Assembly: GCA_965153285.1 (NCBI GenBank)
Contig: OZ229117.1
DNA length: 64,000 nucleotides
Strand: one strand, 5' to 3'
Source of the DNA: Podarcis tiliguerta
Taxonomy: Eukaryota
The position numbers and the translations under genes were made by a program. Shown here in pieces: positions 1-12,600 of the stretch (within the stretch, counting starts at the first letter, position 1; the number at the start of each line of letters is the position of its first letter). Under the pieces are notes generated by a model, which was not told the DNA's origin, did not search any database, and saw only the letters and a list, made by a program, of their open reading frames with translations.

Positions 1-441
1 TTTACTTTCTAAAGATTTAATTTGGAACCATTCTGCAGACTAAAGATTAATTGAGCAGCTTTTCATTAATGAAAAGAAATTGTGTGATACTAACAAGCAA
101 ACAGTGAGGATTCTAAGCTTTCTTCTATAAGTTTCACAGAGCTTTTTGTAAAAGTTAGCTCTTAAAGCTAAGTGGTTGTTTGGGCTCCAGAACAAACTAT
201 TTCTGTGCCGCCCAACCCCCAAAACCACAATATGATGTTTAGTTTTAAAAGGTTATACAGAAATACCTTGCATTTCATGCGTTTTGAAGGTGGAGGATGC
301 CTAACGGGTTTGTAAGAGTAGACCCAAAGTGTAAGGAGTTGATGTGTGGTCTTAACTGATTTTGGCAAGGCTGATCTGAATGAATATTGATTGATATAGA
401 AAATAACCCCTTGTCTCTTTGAATATTGATTTTATCCTCAG

Positions 442-646
442 ATTGATCCACTTGCTGCTGGGATGGCATCTCTCAGCCTAGGTGGTTCAGCAGTTCCACA
501 CACACAGAGTATGCCAGGTTTTCCTCCAAACTTGAGTTCTGCTTTTAGTACTCCACAGTCACCAGCAAAAGCATTTCCACCGCTTTCCACACAAAACCAG
601 AATACACCTTTTAGTGGGATTGGCGGACTCTCTTCACAGCTTCCAG
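442..646 (+). CDS. CNOT1: CNOT1 exon (IDPLAAGM...SSQLP)
   Basis: cctcag|ATT ... CCAG|gtactt. Confidence 0.93.
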
Positions 647-3600
647 GTACTTTTGTGTAAAGGGGCTGGTACTCATGGGAGGAATGTGGCTGCTTTTCCT
701 ATAATTCCGGCTGGGGGCAAGCACTTCAAATTGTATCCAACTTAGTATACTCAGTGTAAACCCATTGAAACCAGTGGACATGATATTAGTTCTGTGAATT
801 AATTTCAATGGGCCGAATGGAAGTACCATGTTGACACTATTCAGGGTGGGAATAGCAAACAAGTTATAATGTCTGTCAGCATTTGTAAACATAACTGAAA
901 TGATAATTTTATTTTCCTCAGTAGGTGGTCTTACAACAGGTAGTCTGGGCATAGGAACTGGGGCCCTTGGCCTCCCTGCAGTGAATAATGACCCATTTGT
1001 GCCAAGAAAACTGAGTACATCAGGACTGAACCAGCCTACATTCCAGCAGAGTAAGATGAAACCTTGTAAGTGGTAATGTTGTCTGATTGTGAAGTGTGAC
1101 TGTGGATGTGCGGTAAATGTGAGTTTTCCCTCTAGGGTGGGGGCTGGCAGCGGTCTCTAAGGAGCCTTCTTTGCCCTCCCCAATATCTAGCCTTTCTCCC
1201 AGGAATCTTGGAGCAGCTTATGTTGGGCTTCCAGGCAGTCTCCCATTCTTGTGGTGACTAAATTAAAACCTGTTTGGCTTTACCATGCTAATCGTGCTCC
1301 CAGCTACTGATGCCAAAAGCTTAACCTTGTACAGTTGTAGGTTCCAAGTAATTTCAGGTTTAAACCAACACAGATCAAGTGGTTTATCAGGCTTCATGAA
1401 TGAACAGCTTTCATGTGAGTACTTCATAGAATTATTCACAATTGTCCTCAAGACCAAGCTTGTGATATTAGACTAGGAAAGTGTCCCTCAGTTTGATGGG
1501 AAAGTGGCATTGTGTACATAGTCTCTGCCACTTTTTAGTGACATTGAAATCTTGCCCAGAAATTGATTTTGTCCAGCTTATTGAGTCTATGCTACTTGTA
1601 TTTGTCTGTTAGCCCTCGTTCACTCAAAGTGTACCTTTTGTGTCCTTTGGTGATTTTTTTCAGCTTATGGGTGTCTGGGTTGTGGGGGTTGGGAAACTAC
1701 TTTGAATCATGAAGATGACACATGCAATAGGCAGCATCTTTCAAATCTTGCTGCTGAATATTTCCCAGTAAACCAGACTGAGGCAATGGCCAGAAAATAG
1801 GTGAAAGGTGTAGAAATATGCTAGCATTAGTATTAGGCTGGTGGGTTTTAGAGGGTCAACAAGGGGTTAGGTGGCCAGTTGAATGTGGAATGCTTGGTGT
1901 TTGGTGTCAGGAATAGATAAAAGGACTCTTCTGGGTAGGGAAGACTTAAGTAGCGAGAACGTACGTCTACAGTTTGCAAGGCCATTATGTTTGATAATCA
2001 TAGCTACCTGCAAACACCTTAATGTGAGCCTGTGGGACAGAGATGATCTCTAATCTCTTGCTTTGCCTGAAGAAGTTTGAAAGTGTACCTGCACATTAAT
2101 GTTCAGCATGCTGTGAGTGCTTGTTGCTAATCTAGGGATGAATGATACTTTAATTCTGCAGTCATTCAGATTTGCTTTCCTGGCTTGCAGAATAATCGCT
2201 AATAAAGAACAAATGTGTTCTCATAACTAAACCAGCCCTTTCCAACTAAAATTCTTGGTCTATATGCAGTCCCACATATGTGTTACATGCCTGATCTAAA
2301 CACCATTCAGAACCCTTTAGAGTATGCCACATTTTGGTGACGCAGACCTCATTCTTTCCTGCTCAGTGCCTTTTTGACTGCTGCAGCAGCTTTTGGAGCT
2401 TGCATCCTCCCATTTATACCAGAACTTGGCCCTATTTTTCCTTGCTTTGCCAAGCTTCAGCTTTATTTTCTTCTTCTCTCCTAGTGTATCCTCTTTTTAG
2501 TTGTCTCACAGTTTCTTCTCCTCTCCTATAGCACAGCGAGCATTCTTCAAGAAATGCTGGGAAGACGGGTTTAATCTTCTATCTATAGATGGAGGAAATG
2601 TTCCTGGGTTAACAACATGCTGTTGACTGTTACCCAGGTTGTCATGAATTCATGGCAATAACCCTCTCTGCAATGCAGCAGTCTCCCATCGTGGAACATC
2701 TTTCTTTCCTTATTGGGGTGGCTGTCCCCAACTTGCTATGCTTCTTGCCTTGCTCTTGCCAATACTCCCCCAATCTTTCTCCAACTCCAATCACAATGAT
2801 CAAGATTATGTGCACTTGATCCTTTGTTGTGATACAGCTTGATCTGATCTGTCCTGCCTGTTGAAGGTGGTCTTGGTGTTTCATCTTAACTGGAACTTAG
2901 TTCTTTTTATATTGAACCCAAATCCCAACTCAACAACTTTCTTACTAGGTCTGCATGGCTATCAGATTTTCTATAAAGGAGCTTGCTTGCTGTCCCTGTC
3001 AATCTGTTCACATTTGACATGGGAAGTAACTACATTCACAGCCTTGCGACCTTGCTTTCTGTGAAATGATTACCCCTTTGATGTGCAAGTTTGAGTGGAT
3101 GCTGTCATTGAAAGGACTGTACTTATAACATATTGTTTTCCTGACAGTACCTTTCCCACCCTGAGGTAAAACAGCTTGCTAGTCTCCATATGTGGGACCA
3201 CACGCTGATCATGAAGAAGAAAGATGGGTTGCTTATCTGTAACTGTAGATCTTTGAGTGGTCATCTGTGCAATCACAAAGCTCACTTCTTTCTCCCTCTG
3301 CTGGTGTTGCTCTTCTTTGGTCTCTTTTGGGCAGCCACATCCTGCTGGCAAGCACCTTGGTAGCTGAGACAGGGCATCTTGCCAAAACCTTTCCGTGTCT
3401 TATCTCTACAAGTTTGGTTTGCAGAGGCACACAAATCCATACATGTAACTTAACGGAGGACCGCTCAAAGAACTACAGTGACAGGAAAGCAACCTCTTTG
3501 AGCTCATAATATGAGTGAGACTGCATCCTCATGAAATCTACTGAAATATTCCATGCTGCTTCTGTTCCCTTGGCATTGGATCTGTGATTATGAAATTAAT

Positions 3601-6600
3601 ACATTTTCCCTCCATTTTGTGTATTTACTTACTTACTTACTTATTTGGTATCTACTTTTTTCAACAGCTGACTTATCTCAGGTATGGCCAGAGGCAAATC
3701 AGCACTTTAGCAAAGAGATTGATGATGAAGCCAACAGCTATTTTCAGCGTATTTATAATCACCCACCGCATCCAACTATGTCTGTAGACGAGGTGAGCTG
3801 TGGGTAGTAATGGCATCTCTCTCAACTTGCCCTTCTTCCTTACTGTAGACTTTCTTTTCAGTCTTATGGAAAATTTGAGAAAGTAGGTACTTGCAACATT
3901 GCTTTTTGTTTGGTTGCAGTTTAAGGGAAATTTAAATTGTAAAATTCCAATATGTATGTCCATACAGTTGCAGACAACTTTTGTGCAAGTGAAATTGGAT
4001 GTTTTACGTTGGGTCCAGTGGAAAGATAACTATTCTGAAAGTTTTGTCTGCTTGTTATATGTCACTGTGGAGTTATACTTCACTTTAATTTGATTTGTGC
4101 CTCTGTTGGGTGAACACTTCTTCTGAGGGGAGGGGGTTGTTCCTAAATCAACAAAGTGCTACTTAGCAGAGAAAGCTGCAGTCGCTGAGCCTTAAATGTC
4201 TGGGTGACCCAGCACACTAAATTGGATCAAATTAGAGTCTCCCCTTTTAGAATGCGTTTCTGAACATGTTTTAGGCAATATTAGGACACACTGTTTAATG
4301 TTTTGCGCTTACGGTGTTACAATCATCAGAATATAAACATGCAAAACCCAGCATAATGACATAAACTTCAGTGAATGAGGCCAGCTGCATGTAGCAAGTA
4401 TTATTTGTTCTTAGTGTTCTGATTCAAGCATGTTAACTGGAGAAACCCTTTTGGCAAGTAAGCAGAATAGAAATAAATAATACATGTGAGATTTTCCCTA
4501 GCAAATTTTTTCTGGTTTTCTCAGCGAACTTTACTTTGTGTAGGTGCTCCAAGGGCTAAGCATAATAAATTGAGTCTCTTCATAACATTCTGATTTCTTT
4601 ACAGGTGTTAGAAATGCTACAGAGGTTTAAGGACTCCAACATTAAACGAGAACGCGAAGTATTTAACTGTATGCTGAGGAACTTGTTTGAGGAATATCGG
4701 TTTTTCCCCCAGTACCCCGATAAAGAGCTGCACATAACAGCCTGCCTCTTTGGTGGGATAATAGAGAAAGGACTGGTTACATATATGGCGCTGGGCCTGG
4801 CCTTGCGCTATGTTCTTGAAGCCTTACGAAAGCCTTTTACATCCAAAATGTACTATTTTGGTATTGCTGCACTAGATAGATTTAAAAATAGGTGAGTGTG
4901 TTTTTATAATATTTCCAAAATGCATGGGGGAATCTCATAACTATATGCCTACTTCAGCAATATATTTAGCTTTCCAATAAAAGGTTGACAGTATATTGCA
5001 GTTATTGAACGTGTCTCACAGTAGAGGCATAAATTAAATAGAACCTTCGGCTAATAAAGGGAATGCAGATTTTAAAATAAGTGAAAAGGAAGTAAATTAC
5101 TTATAGTCTGAATCTGAATAGAAATTGCCTTAAAATGGCTTTGAAAGTATCAGGTGGCATATATATTAATATTGCTATTGGGGGGGAAAGGAGAAAGCAA
5201 ATCAGTGTTACTGGAAGTGAAGCTGCCTTGTAGACTTACAAAGACTAGGAGCAATCCAGCTAAAGTCGAGCCCATTTTTGTCTCATTGGTATTAATGGGA
5301 GGAGCCTCTTTCCCATTGAAATAACTTTGACTGGATTGTACTTTATACGTCTGGGTCATGCAAGGTCACTCTCCCAAGATTCGTTACGATGGAAAGCTTA
5401 ACTTTCATCCATTTTGCAAGGCAGTATTCATGGCCCTCTAGAAACAACTAGTGGGGGCCTCACTTACCAGATGCCAACATGTCAAAAGTGCTGGTAAGTA
5501 GCTACTTCTTTGTTGCACAGTAGAAACCAGTCTGAGTCCATTTCTCCTCTCCCCATAGCAGTGTGACCATTCCACATCCCAGTAGTCAGTTTCCTCTCCT
5601 CTTCCTTTCACACTACCTCTGTGTTCTCCTCCATGCCACCCCTGTGAATCCTGTGGCAAGCACTCTGTGATTCTGCACCCTTCTATCTTTTTCAGACAGT
5701 TTGCATATTGTTCCTTATCTCCTGCATCTTTGGAGCAAGATACATAGCTTCATACCCCTGTGGGAAAACTTGTCATGTTCAGGATAATTTCTGAAACCAT
5801 AACTGCTACAAGTTTTTAATGAAAGCTTGAGATTCGCAGAACTTTAGTACATCTTTGGAACATCAGTGCAACTTGGGTTTTGTTTAATATCCCTACTGAG
5901 AGACTTTGTAATTTTTATCCATTATTGCTCTGTACTGTTCTTCCTTTCAGTGCTGTATATTTGAATTGGTTTCTTGTTCAGTAGAAATTTTCATTCAAAG
6001 AGCTGTCATAGTTTTATCTAGCTGATAAAATGAGAGAGCATAAAGGATTCCTATCTTTAAAGTATATCTAAGCAGACAGGTGTTCTAACAAACATATAGT
6101 TCTGAAATTGAAGTTAGCCTTCAAGAGTGAGATTTCTTGACTTATTTAGTTATCAAAACATTTTTATGGCTGAATTTTGCAAATTGGATTCTGTACCTAT
6201 ATTAGCCTTAAATTGCAGAATGTTCTGCATTAAAAACTGTTTCTGCATTGAGAATGTTGTGGGGAGAGCTGCAGAAGAAAGAGGGCCAACAGGGTAGGGA
6301 ATTCCAGAGGGGGTTAGAGGGGAGCAACAACAAGCTGTATATGTAGTAAAGAGGCATATGTCTGCCATATGTCACTTGAGAAGACTGCTGTGGTTCTTCC
6401 AAAGATGTTATTGGGAACTATGAGAGCTATATTGACAAATTGATTGGGTTTTTAGAAAAGGGTAGCTAATAGATCCACATTTATGGGCCACCCCTACAGA
6501 TTGTGCTAAGTCTTATTGTTTGGTAGGTTGGCCCCTTTGCAATATGCAGTATTCTTGGAGGAGAAAGCCACCAATAGCTCCTAGGTACCATGGTGGCTAT

Positions 6601-9600
6601 ATTCTGCCTCCATTTTTGGAGACTGTGTGCCTCTGAATACAAGTTGCTGGGAATTGCATGTGAAGTGAGTGCTGTTGTGCTCAGGTATTGCTTGTGGGCT
6701 TTCCATGGGCATTTAGATGGTCACTATGAAAACAAGAGTTCTTGACTAGATGAGCCTTTGTCCTAATTCAGCAGGCTCTTCTTGTGTCCTTGTGCTTATG
6801 CCTTGGCAGCATATAGTTGGAACCACTGGCTGCATCAATAGCATTCATGCTTTTGCTAACCAGCTTGCATCTGGTAGAACCAGAAATCTTCACTGCAGAT
6901 CCAGTATCAGTTAAGCCAAAGATTTAACCATTAATGTATTGATCAGGCCATTTGTTTTCTCCTACTAATGGATAGTTTTACTGTTGACAGATTGAAGGAC
7001 TATCCCCAGTATTGTCAGCACTTGGCTTCTATTAGTCACTTTATACAGTTCCCTCATCACCTGCAGGAGGTGAGTGTTAAAGGCATGGACAGTGAGGGGT
7101 GGGGGAGGACATCTGAATTGAGTTAGGTGTATTTGCATATTGAAAAACCTCAGCGTTCCATTAGTTTCATGCTTCAGGGTCCATTCAGTAAAAGGTACAA
7201 AAGGATCTGGAAAACTTGAGTGTGAGTAGCCCATGCATCTGAGAGGAGAGAAACAGGTTAATCTTAATGCATGTCCGCTTTTCTGTAAACCTCCTTTCAA
7301 GGAGACCTGTAGCCCTTTGCCACTGGAAGTGTTCATTTGACAATTACTTTAATCCTTGCCAAGCAGCTTCTTATATGGTTGGGTTGTACATGCTCTTTCC
7401 TAGCAAATAAATCCATACCGCTAGGCACAGCAGTCTGTCTGCCCAGACCTTCTGAAAGCAAACAAAACCAGGGACAGTGGAATTAGGACTCTGAAGGTCT
7501 GATCCAAAGGCTGTAGTCCAAACACTAAAAGCAATGTTGGTTTAGGATCTCTACGTTAGTAGCACACCAATCAGTGGGGATTTCTATATCTTATATGCAG
7601 TATTGAATATTTACATGTGATTAATAACACTGAAAGTCTTACCAATTGTAGTTCTTACACCTTTGCTTCAGAAAAGACAGCATTAGTCTCTTAGTTGTAA
7701 CATTGTGTGTCATCTGTGGAAATGGGCTTCATCAGTGGTTGCAGGAAATTTGTTGTCCTTATCTAGACTATAGGATTTGGAATATTTCTACCCCTGGATT
7801 ACAGTACTTCACTGTTTACTACTTTTTGCTCTCATTGAAGTCTGCAAGGAAGGCTTACCCTCCCTTTCAGAATCAGGGCACATCTTGGATCTAGTTCCTG
7901 CTACTTCTGCTCCACAGAATGGGAGAAAGAGGATGGAGTGGAAAATCCAGGGTTAACATTGGAATTGCTAATTGATCCAAGACAAAAAGGAACCTTCTAA
8001 AATATGTAAAATGTCTTTTGTTGCTGATTTCAGGCCATTTATGGAGTTTCATTTGTGCCACAAACGTCAAGGCCAGGAGTTTTGGGAGTAGTTCTAGAAG
8101 GCAGTTGTAAGATTTGTTACATGCGTGTGGTTGTATGTTGAGTTTTAAGAGCTGTATACTTCTTGTCTGTTATAGTACATTGAATATGGACAGCAGTCTA
8201 GAGATCCTCCTGTGAAGATGCAGGGGTCAATCACCACCCCTGGAAGTATTGCACTTGCCCAGGCCCAGGCCCAGGCTCAGGTTCCGGCAAAAACTCCTCT
8301 TGCTGGTCAAGTTAGCACTATAGTCACCACCTCTACTACCACTACTACTGTGGCAAAGACTACAATCACTCCAGTGGGTCGAGTCAGCTTCAAGAAGGAT
8401 GTGCCAGTAAGTACATGAGCCATTTTACGGGAGGAAGTAGAATGAGATTACGCATGCATCAGTTCTTAGGAGTAAAACAAGGAAGATAAACCCCATCTAA
8501 TGTTCATAGCATACACATATCACATGCAAAACCTCTGATACTTTAACCACAGTTACACTGTTTTTCTTGTATGCCTAGTCTGGATAATTACCTGGCCATT
8601 TTTGTTTTTTCTGTTGTTTTGCTATTAAATATCAAGCAGTTGTTTCCTTCCCTGTGTTGGCGTTAGCTGCTTCTCCTGCTTTCTATTCTCTTCGTTCTTC
8701 CAAGCTGTTTTTCAGTGGGCCAGTTTCAACTAAGAAATTTGCTGGGTTTCCATTTCTGGCTGTTGTTTCTTGTACCATGAATTTCCACTTTTGTTTAATG
8801 ATGTCATTTTTTTTCCTTTCACTATTCAGTTGCACATGTGAGCAAAAATCTTACTCCTCGTGTCTTATAGATTCCCAAGCTTAAGTTAACTCCTATCATT
8901 CACTAACGCATAAACTAAATGTACACTCCTTTTTGCACGTATAACTGTTGTCTCCCTTTTGTAACTGAATTGTGAAATACTGTTTATGCTATAGCATAAT
9001 TCCATGATGGTCTGTTGTATCATTAACGGAATCAACTCACTTCCTCAAATCATTTTTCTTGTTCTGCAGCCTTCTATTAATACAACCAACATTGACACCC
9101 TGTTAGTAGCCACAGATCAAACAGAGAGAATTGTTGAACCCCCTGAAAACGTGCAGGAAAAGATTGCTTTTATCTTCAACAACCTGTCGCAATCCAACAT
9201 GACTCAGAAGGCAAGTGTCGCACAACATTTTAGTCCTGATAATTTATGTTCCTTGAGTGATTCTTATACATGTAGAGAGCTAACTAGAATTATGCCTATG
9301 TATGCATGCCAAAGGTTCTTTTATTTAGTAGCCTTCCAAAATTTTAGAATTGTAAGCATAAAATAAATATAATGAATTAACATATAATAAGTAAAATCTA
9401 AAATAATTTTGGGATAGTCTTTTGTGCCTTTGGTAGTCCTTTAGCTGCTCATATATTGGGAAAATGTGATGAGATTTGTGTACCAAAAGGTCAAAAACTT
9501 TAAATCTTATCTGCTGCCAGATTTCTGCAGGGACATTTTATCATCTGCAACTGATACTACTTAACGGAAAAAAGGCATTGGGTACACATTTATTCCATCA

Positions 9601-12600
9601 GGTCTCTGTATTGCATAATTGGCTCTCCATATTCCTAATTGAACATAAAAAGTGATGTTGGGTGCCAGACTCTGCTTACCTTAATCATTTTTTACTTGAT
9701 GTAAGTTTCTTTTCATTTATGGCTTCCAAACCATGGAAGAAGCCTAGCAAAATAACGCTTTGGCACTCCTTACAATGTTTTAATATATGCTGTAAGCCAC
9801 CCAGAGTAGCTGGGGAAACCCAGCCAGATGGGTGGGATATAAATAATAAAATCATTATTACTAGTCAAGAGAAGTATTATGCAGATCTATTTTATTTGCA
9901 TGATTTCTAGAGATCTCTGAATTCTGATTTTCTTAGCTTATAATATTTCTAGCTCAGAGTCTACATAGCATTGTTCATGATGAGTTAGCAGGAGAGGAAG
10001 AAATAAATGGCTTTACAGTAGGAAATAAATGGTTAATTGAAGTAAGCAAATCAGTTAGTGATGTGGTGCTAGCTAGGTTCCAAGTCTTGGTAACTGAATG
10101 TTTTCACTGGAACGAATGCTGTGAGTATCACAAACATTATTTTTCATTGATCCATTTCCCTTTAACGTGTTTATGGAGCCAGGTTGAGGAACTGAAAGAA
10201 ACAGTGAAAGAGGAGTTCATGCCTTGGGTTTCACAGTACCTTGTGATGAAGCGAGTTAGTATTGAGCCAAACTTCCACAGCCTTTATTCAAACTTCCTTG
10301 ACACACTTAAGAATCCAGAATTCAACAAAATGGTTCTCAACGAAACCTACAGAAATATCAAGGTGAGTGTTCCCAGTTGCTCTTTTTTGTGACATGAACG
10401 TTAACTGAAAAATATTTGCTTTCAGGGAGGCACTGCACAGCAGGGGGGAAAAAAACTTTCTCCCATGTATACCACCACCTTCGTAAGATTATGCTGCTGC
10501 TGCTGCTGCTGCAATAAAACAGTGAACAGAGCTAGATGCTGCTATTTTGAAAACTAATTGAACTTGATCATCAAAGTAATGTGTTGCTGGACTACCTTGA
10601 TTGCTGTTTCTGTGCTACAGATGGGCCCCAGAGCATTGTTTCCTGTTGTCCTTCAGGGACCCAAACAATTAACTCCCAAATAAGTAGTTTGCCTTTCTAG
10701 GAGAAGTGATCTCCTGAGCAAGATCACAGAGAGGAAAGTACTCCACATCATTTTGCTGCTTTCAGTTTGTTGAATTGATTTTTCTGCTTTTAGAGCTCAT
10801 GTTGTGTTTTATTCTGTTTTTACCTTGTGTACTGCTTTGATGACTTTATGCCTTGAAGCAGTCTATAAACTAGTTTAATAATGACATATACAGGCTATAT
10901 TATAAGCATTTTATCACATATGCTTTAATATATTTCTGAGATTGTTGATTTACTTCTTTCCTTTTCTTTTTCTGCTTTATAGCTATAGGCTGTATTTGGT
11001 TGACCAATAAAATTTGTTGTTTGTTTTCTGAAATAACATTAGTCTAATTCTACAAGAAGATGGTTAATGCATTTTCATGGATTTACCATGGTTTCCTGTT
11101 AACTAAGATTTCATCTCTCTGGAATAAAAATCCTTCAGGTGCTACTCACATCAGATAAAGCTGCTGCCAACTTTTCAGACCGGTCCTTGCTGAAGAACCT
11201 GGGTCACTGGCTGGGGATGATCACACTGGCTAAAAACAAACCCATCTTGCACACGGTGAGACTGGGTGGAGGAGAAAAACATAAACTGGCTTTAAGGCTA
11301 TAAACTTTAGTGCATGCTTAAATCAGCTCAATTTTTGGTGCCTTTTTATAATTAGGGGGGAAAGCTATGTAGAAAATTTACAAAAGAAAGGAATCTGATT
11401 TGTGGGTGTGAGACTGCCCATTGCTGGGTTTAATTTATACTCCTTTTATTTTAGGACTTGGATGTGAAATCCTTACTGCTGGAGGCTTATGTTAAGGGAC
11501 AGCAAGAACTTCTGTATGTCGTGCCATTTGTTGCCAAAGTTTTGGAATCCAGTGTGAGAAGTGTGGTAAGTATGATGTACAGTGTCCTGTGACAAACAAG
11601 TAGACGGGATTGGTCCAAGACCCTTGGCAGCCTAAGCCAAAGCACAGGACAGTGCTCCTCCCTTTGAACAGAGAGAATACAACTGGACTTTCAGATGAAT
11701 CTTAGTTTAGTACTGGGGACAGGGGTTTTTGTTTTTGCTACTTCTTGACTGGCAGGCATGGGCAGGGAAGTAGGTGGACAGAGGTGATGACACTTCCAGA
11801 CTCTTGCATATATTTTGTGTCGTGTGTTAGTTCAAAGCAGAGGTGGGACCCTGTGGTTAGTGTTGATGATAGCTGGCAGCCATCGGCATCTGGAGGCCAC
11901 TGGGTTCTCCTCCTTGGCTTAAAGTTTACAGCCTTGTGTTTCCATTGTTTTGCTAACACCATTTAAATGATGTTCTAGCCCCCTTTTTGAAACAGGACTG
12001 TTAACTTTATCATTCCACTCTTTTTGTAGGTTTTCCGGCCTCCAAATCCTTGGACCATGGCTATTATGAATGTACTAGCAGAGCTGCACCAGGAACATGA
12101 CTTAAAAGTAAGTTTCAGTTTGCTGCTTTGAGCTCCTCAGCATTGCTTTGTTTTTGAACAACTTGTTACAATACATCTGTTTGAAGATTTGAGCTTAGCT
12201 AGTGAGCTGTAGCCAGTTTAATGAGAATAGACTTTTTCCAGAAAATTACACATGTTCCAATGGTTTTCACCTCATTCAAAATATATGCCTTGAAGCATGT
12301 AGCTCTTCAGAACTTCTTAAGATTTATATAGCAGGTATACATAACTAATAATTACATTATTAAACCTGAAATCATTAAATATTGTACAGCTGAATCTGAA
12401 GTTTGAAATTGAAGTGCTCTGCAAGAACCTTGCCCTTGACATCAGTGAACTGAAACCTGGGAACCTCCTAAAAGACAAAGATCGATTGAAAAGTTTGGAT
12501 GAACAGCTGTCTGCTCCAAAGAAAGATGTAAAACAACCAGAAGAGCTTCCACCAATTACGACCACTAGTAAGTGTCAAGGATGATTCATACAGTCATCCT

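Noticed and set aside
1-11138. Intronic H/ACA snoRNAs (SNORA50/SNORA46), which from memory are hosted by mammalian CNOT1
   Set aside because: I could not recognise either by eye in 1-441 or 10363-11138. They may lie outside the window, be diverged or be lost. An Infernal/Rfam scan would decide.
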